A DNA stretch of 45,040 bases, filler included, from Catajapyx aquilonaris (Eukaryota): NCBI GenBank assembly GCA_000934665.2. It is 2 parts of 2 records of this genome, joined end to end, with 100 filler letters (N's around TTAATTAATTAA, not from the genome) between each part and the next. Parts side by side here need not be neighbours in the genome. Positions count along the whole stretch, not along the records: positions 1 to 22,472 come from JYFJ02005863.1; positions 22,573 to 45,040 come from JYFJ02005864.1. One strand, written 5' to 3'. Positions 14,304-25,055 of this stretch are shown in pieces. A program made the position numbers and the translations under genes. Positions within the stretch are counted from its first letter, which is position 1, and every line of letters begins with the position of its first letter. The notes under the pieces are model-generated. The model did no database searches, was not told the DNA's origin, and saw only the letters and a list, made by a program, of their open reading frames with translations.

Positions 14304-14770
14304 TTATAACTATTTATTATTTGTCATTAATCATTATAACTATTTATTATTTGTCATTAATCATTATAACTATTTATTATTTTTCATTATTCATTATTAC
14401 TATTTATTATTTGTCATTATTCATTATTACTATTCATTATTTGTCATTATTCATTATTACTATTTATTATTTGTCATTATTCATTATTACGATTCATTAT
14501 TACTATTTATTATTTGTCATTATTCATTATTACGATTCATTATTACTATTTATTATTTGCCATTATTCATTGTTTGATTTATTATTTGTCATTATTCATT
14601 ATTACGATTCATTATTACTATTTATTATTTGCCATTATTCATTGTTTGATTTATTATTTGTCATTATTCATTGTTTGATTTATTTATTATTTGTCATTAT
14701 TCATTGTTTGATTTATTTATTATTTGTCTTTATTCATTGTTTGATTTATTTATTTATTGCCATTTCATTA
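14304..14770. repeat. AT-rich minisatellite (~30-bp unit TATTTATTATTTGTCATTATTCATTATTAC, degenerating)
   Basis: Visible tandem periodicity; explains the low-complexity I/Y/L/F ORFs in the track. Confidence 0.9.
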
Positions 14771-15773
14771 TTTACAATTGTGTATTTTTATTCTATTTCT
14801 GTCTTATTATAATTATAATTATCTTATTGCAATCACTTATTATATTGATGCCCTATAACATTTTGGCTTTACTTTTACATTAAAATTTGGAATTGATGCG
14901 ATATGTCAATCAGGACGACTAAGCCATCCAGGACACTCCCAACAATCAAGTAATGATAATATTAACAGTGGATGTACTGCACGTGCAGCGAGGTCCACAG
15001 GCATATTTATTGCGCAAATTCATACTTGAAATGGGCGCGGCCACGTTGGACACAAGATGGCGTCGCCCACCACGTTGGACACAAGATGGCGGCTGTTCAA
15101 CAGCAACGCGCGCTCTCTGTCGGCATGGTTACGAACTAATCGCACAAGTGACACAACAGAACAAGCAACCCGTATATGAATTTACGTCCAGTTAATACCC
15201 CGGTGTCTTCTGGATGGGTACTTAGCGTGTATAAGTACGCACAATTTGCACACGCGCAATGAGCCTCACGCCCATCCGTTTCCGACATACTCCCATATTC
15301 CCGACTAGAGTAATCCGAGCGGGAATGGCTCTTCCCTCCGCGGGGTTCATATGCCCCCACCCGTCGCTGGGCTCCAGTGGAAGCGTGGGCTGCGATGGCG
15401 CAGACAGAGCATCACCCCACACCCGATCGTCAGTCCCGTCTGGCTGATCTGCTCAGTTCGTGTAGTCGCTGCTAAACCTGGTGTGGCAGCCTTCCACCCT
15501 TGATGGGAGGAAGACAAACCCCGAGAGAGACCCAGGATTGGTTGCAGTACCTCAGGGGCGACCGCTGATTGGCTGCCGTTCCGCTACCCTCCGACCGACC
15601 CCAGGCTCAAAAATTGGCTGTGCGCGCGCACTAGTTCCGCTCCAATCAAAACCGGGGGGGATCCCGTAGGTGCGCGCATTACAGCCGTACGCTTCCACGA
15701 ACAAATGGGCGTCGCTCGAGGCGACAATGCCATACTTTTTGGACTTTTCCAACTGTATATGTAATATGTATAT

Positions 15774-17645
15774 GAGGCATTCCACGTCAAGCGGGCCACC
15801 TTTCCGACAAATCTTCGAGGACTTTGACCAAATTGTAATGACATGTACTACTCATCGACCTATGCCGGAAGCCAAAATATTATACCTCTGCGTTGCGTGG
15901 TTGCGTAACTACAGGGTGCGGAATCTACCAATTTTTGCGGATTTTTGCAACGCATGCAGTCACTTGGATTACCATAACTCCCAGAGGATAAGTGCAAATG
16001 CTAAACTTGATGTATGCGTTGGATACGTATTTTATCGCTCTATAAGATGGCCATACCGAGGATTAAGAGAATCAAAAATTTAAAGTCAAAAATTGGCGCT
16101 CCAATTTTGATTGTGATTTTTCTCAAACTTGGACCTTTTTGATTTTTTTTGAATGACTCTTAAAATGAAGCTGAACATGTCTGGCCGATATTTTCGAAAA
16201 CTCCCCGAGACCGAAATTGGTCTTTCTCGCGCTATAAGCCGCAACGCAACCCGTGTACGGATTTTTGCTTAGCATGCAGTCACTTGGATTACCATAACTC
16301 CCAGAGGACAAGTGCAAATGCTAAACTTGATGTATGCGGTGGATACGTATTTTAACGCTCTATGAGATGGCCATACTGATGATTACGAGAATCAAAAATT
16401 TAAAGTCAAAAATTGGCGCTCCAATTTTGATTTTGATTTTTCTCAAACTTGGACGTTTTTGATTTTTTTAAAATAACTCTTAAAATGAAGCTGAACATGT
16501 CTGGCCGATATTTCCGAAAACTCCCCGAGACCGAAATTGGTCTTTCACGCGCGATAAGCCAAAACGCAAACCGTGTGCATGCACGTGGACCATCCAAACG
16601 AAGATCTATCGTTCGTACTGATCTGAAATAAATCATAAGTGCCTACGTCATGCGTATGCTAATATGACAGAACTCGCGCTCTCTAAGTACCGGGTACAGT
16701 GGGAGTATAATTTGACACCAAACACTGACATGATTAGATCTGTCCAATGCAGTACTAGTGTATTGCTCTTTGTTGGTCACTTATGATTTATTTCAGATCA
16801 GTACAAACGATAGATCTTCGCTTGGATGGTCCACGTGCATGCACACGGTTTGCGTTTTGGCTTATCGCGCGTGAAAGACCAATTTCGGTCTCGGGGAGTT
16901 TTCGGAAATATCGGCCAGACATGTTCCGCTTCATTTTAAGAGTTATTTTAAAAAAATCAAAAACGTCCAAGTTTGAGAAAAATCAAAATCAAAATTGGAG
17001 CGCCAATTTTTGACTTTAAATTTTTGATTCTCGTAATCATCAGTATGGCCATCTCATAGAGCGTTAAAATACGTATCCAACGCATACATCAAGTTTAGCA
17101 TTTGCACTTGTCCTCTGGGAGTTATGGTAATCCAAGTGACTGCATGCTAAGCAAAAATCCGTACACGGGTTGCGTTGCGGCTTATAGCGCGAGAAAGACC
17201 AATTTCTGTCTCGGGGAGTTTTCGAAAATATCGGCCAGACATGTTCAGCTTCATTTTAAGAGTCATTCAAAAAATATCAAAAAGGTCCAAGTTTGAGAAA
17301 AATCAAAATCAAAATTGGAGCGCCAATTTTTGACTTTAAATTTTTGATTCTCTTAATCCTCGGTATGGCCATCTTATAGAGCGATAAAATACGTATCCAA
17401 CGCATACATCAAGTTTAGCATTTGCACTTATCCTCTGGGAGTTATGGTAATCCAAGTGACTGCTTGCGTTGCAAAAATCCGCATAAATTGGTAGATTCCG
17501 CACCCTGTAGTTACGCAACCACGCAACGCAGAGGTATAATATTTTGGCTTCCGGCATAGGTCGATGAGTAGTACATGTCATTACAATTTGGTCGAAGTCC
17601 TCGAAGATTTGTCGGAAAGGTGGCCCGCTTGACGTGGAATGCCTC
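15774..17645. mobile_element. Non-autonomous DNA transposon with 868-bp terminal inverted repeats (Sola2-like/foldback)
   Basis: Arms 15774-16641 and 16778-17645 are near-perfect reverse complements around a 136-bp spacer. Termini GAG...CTC flanked by ATAT on both sides. Each arm contains a 320-bp tandem duplication. The superfamily call is inference from termini, 4-bp flank and long TIRs. Confidence 0.8.
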
Positions 17646-20360
17646 ATATGTATATATATATATGTATATGTATATGTAAACCTTGACGTCAGATCGTTGT
17701 TTAGTTTCCCGCACTGTACCTGGTTGATTTTTGAAATTCGGGATGGGGTCATACGAGTAACCAGAGGTCCAGAAAAGGTTGTCCTTAGGGTCACGTCGAA
17801 ATAAGGTAGGGAAAACTACTGGGCATTGTGGATGAACATTTCGTCCATAGAGTCATGCGCCATTCTTTATGAGCTGGACTGCTATTTGTGGACGTCGCGA
17901 CGTCCATAAGAGTATCAGTCGTTGCGTCGCGAAGTGGAGCTTTTCATCGGAAATGTTGGCCAAAATATCATCTGGGTTGTTGTCGATATAAAGATTATGC
18001 ACTGAGGGATGACGGAGTTATTTATAAGTCGAATCATAGTTAACATGCAAAAAATGTGGCCTCATCACAAGGGAATTAATACATTTATTCATTAACATAC
18101 AAAAATGGTCGGCTAAAGTGATGATAAGGCCCAATCTGCATCCATATTGGCTTCCTCTAATTCGTCATCATCCTTGTTTTCTTCTGGCACGCCTCCTCAG
18201 TCGCCGACCTCAACTGTTCTGGCAGTAACAGGGCCAATGTTTCACTACAAAATGCTTTGCTCCTTTTCCGTGGCTGAGGGCGTAGACTGGTTACTGTAGA
18301 CTGGTCAGAAGAAGCATGTGTATGTATCACTATTGCAAGCTTTTCTCATGAATTTGCGCCAATATCTTTGCAAGGCATACACAAATTCACTGAAATGGTG
18401 GTGTGACCGTCGCAGGTGCACATAAAATGATAGTGGGTTCTCCAGTTCAAGACAGTGTTTATTAAGCCAAGCAGGTGAGGGTTGAGAGAGGGGGAAAAAA
18501 GGGAAGGGGAACGGGATGGGCAGTGGCCAGCCATGTGGCGGCTGGACCGAAAGGCCCCGAACAAAGCGAGACCTCCCTATTTATAGGTGGTACAAACGAA
18601 GTGCATGATGGGAAACAGATGTGATGTATAACGTGTCGAAATGCAACGGAAACACTTGTGTATAATGGAAGGTAAGAGATTTTATGGTAGTCATACAAAA
18701 AGAAACAAAAGGAAATATTACAAACTTTTCCATGATGAAAAAGCACTTCATGAACATAAATTACTGGTGCTGAAATAAAATCAACTTTGACAAGTTCGTC
18801 ATTATGCGTTTTGGCTATAACAGCAATGTTTGTTTTTTAGCAATGTTGTGCAGACAAATAAACTTTTGCGAAAACGTCTACTATAACTTTGACCAACCAA
18901 TGTACATGATTGTTTTCTGGTGGGCTATCAAACATCATATGACGGTACAATTCAGGAAAAACATTTTTCAGTATCATTCAAAACAGCAGTGCATATTGCA
19001 GGTGCTATTCTTGACATCTGAGGAAGTCTCCCACCATTTATTTTTATCATGTGGCGAATACATTTTCCTGTCGATTCACAAACAATAGTGACACTCTTAG
19101 ATGGTAGAGAGTAATTCCACGCCGGAAGAGTCATTATCCAAAAAATTAAGTCGCTTATTGTGAGGTGGCTATGACTTATTGAAAGCAGATCATTACTTCA
19201 TTTTGTCAGATGAAGAATAAGGCGTAGCAACGTTCTGATACCAGATAGCAGCAGAGCTATGGAATAGTCGAGATATAATAGTCGTAACCGGTACCCATGT
19301 AGTAACTGACGCAACTTCGCAAGGTTTGTTGTGTCAGTTACGTGTTAATCCTAATTTCTCCTGAAAATATGAACATGAACAGGCGTGATCTAAAGCAATC
19401 ACAAAATTGTTCCCGAGGAGTAGATTGCATATCAGTTGTAACATTATACTTCTAAACACATTCAGCTCACAGGGTTTCATATCATTACAGCACCCCCCAA
19501 AGAGCTTGTCCTATTCATGTTGCGTCACTTACATCACATTAATATTTTACAGAGTCCATTGAAGTCATTGTTGCGAAATTATAAAAAATATGGCAATAAG
19601 CGGCATGCCCAATAAGCAACCAGGAGGCAGGCACATGGGAATAATTTTAAATTCCCTATCCATTAACATTTGCCATTGCAATAAATATCAATCCAGGGTG
19701 AATCCTGTCCACGGGTTGCGTCAGTTACGGTGGAATTGGGACCCTAGAACTAATATACCGGCATGTATATTGCATGGAACGTAGGGCTGAAAGACTATGG
19801 TCAAAGTCACGGATGCTGCAGTCGAGTCCCAGCTAATTAGACTAGTTCAAACCTACTCAATATTGCTTCAGCTTCAGAAAATACAGGTGTTTGAATTTTA
19901 ACGCAGGAAATAATGGCTGCAACTTCCTGTTCTGAATATGATTAGTAATTATTAATTTTCTAATATTGATTAGGGTTATAAGTTATTTATTGTTTGTAAT
20001 ACTCTGAAAACTTATGAATGATGATGTCCATGGGGAAATATAGGCATATTTTTTTACTTTCCTTGTCTGAGAGTAGTGCTGTAATCATTCTGGTGTCCCC
20101 TCTTGGGAACACAAGAGGCAAATGCATCCACATTTGGACAAGTAAAATATGTGTGGTGATATTGTACAGTCCCGCTCATAAAGAATGGTACGACTCTATA
20201 AACGACGTGTTTATTCTGACTATCCAGCATATTCCCAACCTGATTTCGTCGCGACACTATATGGACTACTTGTCCTGGATCTCTGGCGACCCATGTGACC
20301 CCCTCCCGACTTTTTCCCAATTTTTTTATTAATACCTAAATGTTCAACCTGGTGTACAAT

Positions 20361-21120
20361 GGGGTCATTCCATGTCAGTTCATCCAGCCATGTCACCCAC
20401 CATCTCAGATTTTCTTGAAATTTTAACTGGGCAAATTGTGTACTGAGAAACTAATATCCTGAAAATTTTAGCCTCCTAGCTCTTATAGTTCTTGAGCTAT
20501 GGCCAGGCAAATGAGGGTGAAAATGGCTACGGCAGAGTTGTGTGAAGGCACGACTTGTTTTTCAAAATATTTTATTGTGTGTTAACTAATTGATGTAGAA
20601 AGTTGAAAATATTTGTAATTATGCACAGAAACCTTCCGATTCCAACAATGCTGTCAGATTTGTGGTTGAGATCATATCTTCACACATTAATCAATACCAT
20701 TTGTTGGCATGACCTTGAAACTTTCACAGCTCATTCCCAAAATGCGTATCCTCCAATTTTAATGAAATTGCACCAAAAGAAAGGTCTGGAAGTCTACTTT
20801 CAGGAGGTGTAAAAATTTGTCTGTGTATTTGGGTTTTTCACCTTGATAATGGTACATTAACACAAAGGTTCAATCAACAAGACTGTTCTCTTGACACACT
20901 CTTTCAGATTGCTATATATAATTACTCCAGTATCTGAACATGATAATTTGAGTCTCATTCATTGGCCTAAAGAGGACACAATTACATTTTACAGTGTCTA
21001 TTTGGCAACACCCCACTTATACAAGTGGCAACACAGTTCCTAACTATAGCAGCATGGTGTGAAACTGGCAACATGTGGGCAGGTGAATCACTCACTCTAG
21101 ATCCTAAGTTCATCATTGTG
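20361..21120 (+). mobile_element. Solo terminal arm of a long-TIR DNA transposon (Sola2-like)
   Basis: Begins GGGGTCATTCCATGTCA, similar to the GAGGCATTCCACGTCA terminus of the 15774 element. No partner arm seen; inner boundary approximate. Confidence 0.4.
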
Positions 21121-22035
21121 CCCCTGCACATTCAACATGGCCAGTTCACATTGTTCAGTTGGCCTATTAGTGAATGATCCCTGCCATAAAACCAGTTATA
21201 CCAGTGTTGTGGGGCATGACCAACTTTTCCTCAACAGATGTGAGTTTCTCACTCATGTTGTCCAGGTTTTCCAGGTTATGTCCCTTCCCTAGTCGAAATT
21301 TTTCCATCTTCTTGTTACCTGCTTGATGTCTTGCATTCTTATTCAGGTTTATATAGGTTGTCTGTGTCTGCTGCCATACACTCTGCAAGTTAAACACGCC
21401 ATCAAATTGTCCTAATTCCTTGCATTACTGCTCTAGGCCCTTGTTGACGGTGACTTCATCCACAGCTTTATTTACCAGTACTACCCAGTCCTGGAAGTCA
21501 GAGTTGACGAGGAGATGCTGCTCCATGGCCTGTAATTTGGCACATGGAAACTGATACTTTGACTTACATTCTCTCTGCACCTAATCCACATGGCAGTAAA
21601 CATGATAATGTGCTCTCATGAACCTCATGACTGCAATATGAGTCTGCAACTGTTCCTCTCAAGCAGCACCCCAAATGGGAATATTAAAATTTTAAATGGC
21701 AAAATTCACATTTTCATTGGATCAAGCCTTGTACATCCATAGCTCCACATTGGCTCCACCACCCCTGATGGCATCTCTACCTTGCCGTTGGGAGCACAGT
21801 TCCCTGATGGCCCAGATAGCTATATCCCCAGAAGCTTCACCTGCTGGCAATCGCAATGTCACCCATGCAGAAAAAGGTCATTTTGTGGTAAGAGATAGAG
21901 AGAGACGGAAGTCTTTCCTCTCTTCATTTCTATCTCCACCTACCCCACATTTGTATCATTTAATAACCAGGTAACTAGAGTTGATCTCCTCACTCATAGA
22001 AAGACACAAAAATACCACCTTTCCCCATATTAATA

Positions 22036-22852
22036 TCTATATCTATAAATAAGGAAGTTTGTCAGATGTTTGTCCCTTATAGAAATCCGGGGAAGGCCCC
22101 TACACCGCCTTAAATTAGCATATCGGGGGTTACATTTTTCAAGGAATTTAATGCCGCATGTTTCAGCTTCCGAAAATGTACCTAACTCCCACAACACGCA
22201 TATTCCCGAATCTTCTCTCTTCTCGGGCCTTAACAATTAAATTACAACAATATATCAATTCAAATTCCCATGGAAATGCCCTTATGCAAGTTCAATACCT
22301 AGCAAATTAAACCATGGAGGAAGGAATACTGTGGAGGTGGGGCCCCCTATCCCACCCATTATGGAAAATTGTACCCCCCTTAATCTGGAACTTGGAGGAA
22401 GGAACGGTCCAAGATCTGGAACGGCGGCCATCTTTCTAGGCACAGAAACTTGGAGCTTGCTTGGAGGAATGANNNNNNNNNNNNNNNNNNNNNNNNNNNN
22501 NNNNNNNNNNNNNNNNTTAATTAATTAANNNNNNNNNNNNNNNNNNNNNNNNNNNNNNNNNNNNNNNNNNNNGCTTCTACATTCTACATTTACTTCTACA
22601 TTTACTGCACAACCTTCAATTTTTCATTACATACTTTTGCTGGATTTTGGAGGTGCATTGTGTATTACCATTACCTTACAATCTGACATCCGCAGTGTGT
22701 TGTTTGGACTTCCATGCACATGCAATATGCTCCATGTCACTGGTATGCCCACATTGTATAGCCATAATTATTGCAAAGGTTACTACTAAATCAATGAGTC
22801 ACTCCTATGGAAAAGTCTTTCATAACCCGAGCAACGCCGGGTATCCTGCTAG
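22036..22852 (+). mobile_element. Non-autonomous Helitron (5' TC ... hairpin-CTAG 3'), spanning the assembly gap
   Basis: A|TCTATATCTATAAATAAGG at 22036 and CCCGAGCAACGCCGGGTATCCTGCTAG|T ending at 22852, consistent with A/T insertion and no TSD. The two ends may belong to different copies joined across the gap. Confidence 0.65.
22473..22572. other. Artificial scaffold gap (44 N + TTAATTAATTAA + 44 N)
   Basis: 100-nt spacer whose central 12-mer has stops in all six frames; an assembly linker. Confidence 0.95.
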
Positions 22853-23206
22853 TTTGACATAATTGCATTACATAGATTTTATGAGATTATTGCAATGAAA
22901 AAATTGCAGTTGAGTAATTAAAAACTCCGGGTGAAGGGATGTACGCAGGTAGCACGATGAGTATCCAGGAAATATTCCCAGAGACGTTCTTGGTAATTGG
23001 ATGTCATGCGGATATTCCACAGACACCCACAAATCATGCAGGAATGGGATCCAGATCGTTATGGTGATTTACAAAATGAAATAAAATATATATTGTTTTC
23101 TTTTGCGAATCAGCATACCAGGACTATAATATGGTACATCAATATGCGACAAACAAACAAAAAAAAAATCAAAACTAAAGACCGTTACGTAATGAGGCAA
23201 ATATTA

Positions 23207-23294
23207 TACTTGAAGGGAATGTTAAAAATTCCAAGTTCCACCGGGTTAATTCTACCTTTATGTGGAGCTCATCATACTCAGTCCTCTAGAAGTA
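23207..23294 (-). promoter_or_regulatory. Eukaryotic SECIS element, form 2
   Basis: Minus strand reads ATGAT-GAGCTCCAC-AT-AAA-GGT-AGAATTA-ACC-CG-GTGGAACTT-GGAA. AUGA at 23275-23272, AAA 12 nt later (23259-23257), helix II GAGCTCCAC/GTGGAACTT (8/9 paired), 3-bp apical minihelix GGT/ACC, 3' core GGAA at 23232-23229, lower helix TACTT..AGAGGA/TCCCTT..AAGTA. Lies ~50 nt after the SELENOL stop. Confidence 0.88.
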
Positions 23295-23344
23295 AAAGAT
23301 ACGCCCGCATTACAATCAACAGCCCTACATAACGTCCTTAATCA

Positions 23345-24592
23345 TTACTGAAGGACTTTCATTATTTGATCTAGAGTGGGCCTATCAAAAGGATTTTCAG
23401 TCACGTGACAAAGACTAATCTTTCCATGGGCATCTACGATGACGTCAGCACCCATTTGCAGAAAATCATCCATGATGGCAGAATACTGAGGCATTGCCAC
23501 GGAACCCATCGTCTCGCTGTATTTTATGAGTCCATCTATCCGTACTGTCTGAAATGGTTTTTAATAAATGGCACTGGGTTAATTGTCATTTCATCTTACC
23601 ATGTGAAAGTACAATTCTATTTACCTTATAAATGGACCTTTCTAATCCAAGCATTCTGTACAGCTTCCTCTCTGGATCAATGTACAAGTCAAATGGGCAC
23701 TTGGTGTCTGAAAGCCATTGGAGCAGTCCCTCCCGATGCCCAAAGGACACAATCAGCACTGAGCAGCCAGCCTTATGGAGTTCATCCTGCAACAGTATTC
23801 ATGATGGTAATAATGGCGATAATCATTATCGACAACAATTGCATACCATATGTTGCTGGACCATGCTCACGTGCTGACGTCATGGTAATCAGCTGAGATG
23901 GCGCAGAAACAGTAAGAGGCAGTGCTTTTCTTTGCCAATTATGTCTGAGATTTGTTGGTGTTGTCCTGTGTTGAAGTTGGTAAGAAGCATGTCTAAAGGC
24001 AATTGATGTCCCTTTCGTAGAGGTGACTTCTGTGTGACTTCTCTTTTAAGTTTCGTATCCAGCTCTTTCAGAAACTCATCCCAAGTAGACTGAAAAATAT
24101 AGCATGTTTGGTAGTACATGTTGCAAATCTTCAAAATTCTGCTCTACCTCATGCTTTTTCATACACAAGCGAATACTTACATGTGCATCATACAGTTCAT
24201 CAATGGCATCCTTAACTTCCATAGAAGGATCTCTCTCCACAGCCACACGAACTGCATCGTTGAATGTCTTGACGCCAAATCTGATAACACGTGAAAAATT
24301 TCTGGGTGAATGCCTCCCAATTATTGTAATATTACTATTGAACAATGTGAATCTCTTTAAGAAATGTGCGACTGATTGAGTGATGAATGCTGTAAGCCTA
24401 CACTTACTTTTCAAAAATATTAATGTAGATTTTCACGAAATCTAAAAATTGCGGAAATGGCTTTCCATCTGCAGGGAACAATATTGCTGGATCTCCTCGA
24501 CATTCCTGTCGCGCCTTTTCCACCACACCTAGAAATGCTTCAGTTGCTGAGGTGAATACACCTGCAGTTGGTGAGGATGCTGCCACTGCCAT
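23345..24592 (-). CDS. SELENOL: Selenoprotein L (thioredoxin/AhpC-TSA-like fold, UxxU motif), 297 aa; exons 24592-24408, 24280-24181, 24089-23847, 23786-23625, 23548-23345
   Basis: All four introns are GT-AG and phase-consistent (185+100+243+162+204 = 894 nt). Exon 3 reads ...HCLLLFLRHLS-TGA-L-P-TGA-RQHV (TGAs at 23891-23889 and 23882-23880). Downstream exons continue with family-like sequence (VLIVSFG..GLLQWL..T.CPFDLYIDPERKLY.MLGL.RS; DDFLQMGADVIVD..GKI...H...NPFDRPTLDQI). SECIS present in the 3' UTR. Confidence 0.93.
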
Positions 24593-25055
24593 GGTGCTCC
24601 TTCCTTCGTCTAATTCAAGCAGCTGACAACATTTATCTCTTGGCCTTTCTTTAAAAGCAATCTCAAGGCCAATCCACTTGACTTGTTTACCCTAGCAGAT
24701 GATTTCAAGGCTATGGCTCTCACAGTGATAGAAACGCACACAATTCTGTGATAATGTTGGAAGTACTAGTGACTTTGCTACGATATCTAGAGCTCAGAGG
24801 AATAATAAGGATACTTTAAAGTGGTTTGAATTAGATTTCTGGATAAATCAGATTAGTGCTGATTTTCCGTATGTGAAGGGTGTTTCTCTGCCCAAGGCGT
24901 TCATAAATGTTCAACATATCATCACCTAATGACTTACAACACATTTCTCTGCAATTTCTGAATTTCTTTATTGATAGCCATGTCCCAAAAAGTAGAATGA
25001 ACTACAGTAATATATGAAAAGGAAACGTAAAAATTTAAAGCCAGCTGACGGCACT

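Noticed and set aside
14194..14883. Hydrophobic repetitive ORFs and CRISPR-like periodicity
   Set aside because: Translations of an AT-rich minisatellite; no unique spacers, and the context is eukaryotic.
15041..15090. Short direct repeat CCACGTTGGACACAAGATGGCG x2 (similarly TCCAGACTTTAGGGTCACCG x2 at ~1760-1810)
   Set aside because: Only two units; simple local duplications in repeat-derived DNA.
15670..17794. Mirror-image ORF pairs (e.g. 16406-16636 and 16783-17013)
   Set aside because: By-products of the inverted repeat; no recognisable protein motifs.
18800..21700. Interrupted coding-like fragments, possibly transposase relics
   Set aside because: Stops and frameshifts, no diagnostic motif; cannot be assigned without a database search.
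22473..22572. TTAATTAATTAA palindrome embedded in Ns
   Set aside because: Symmetric 44N-12-44N layout with six-frame stops is a synthetic scaffolding linker, not biology.
23880..23891. Pseudogene interpretation of the two in-frame TGAs
   Set aside because: They fall exactly on the CxxC/UxxU positions, the rest of the gene is intact, and a SECIS follows.
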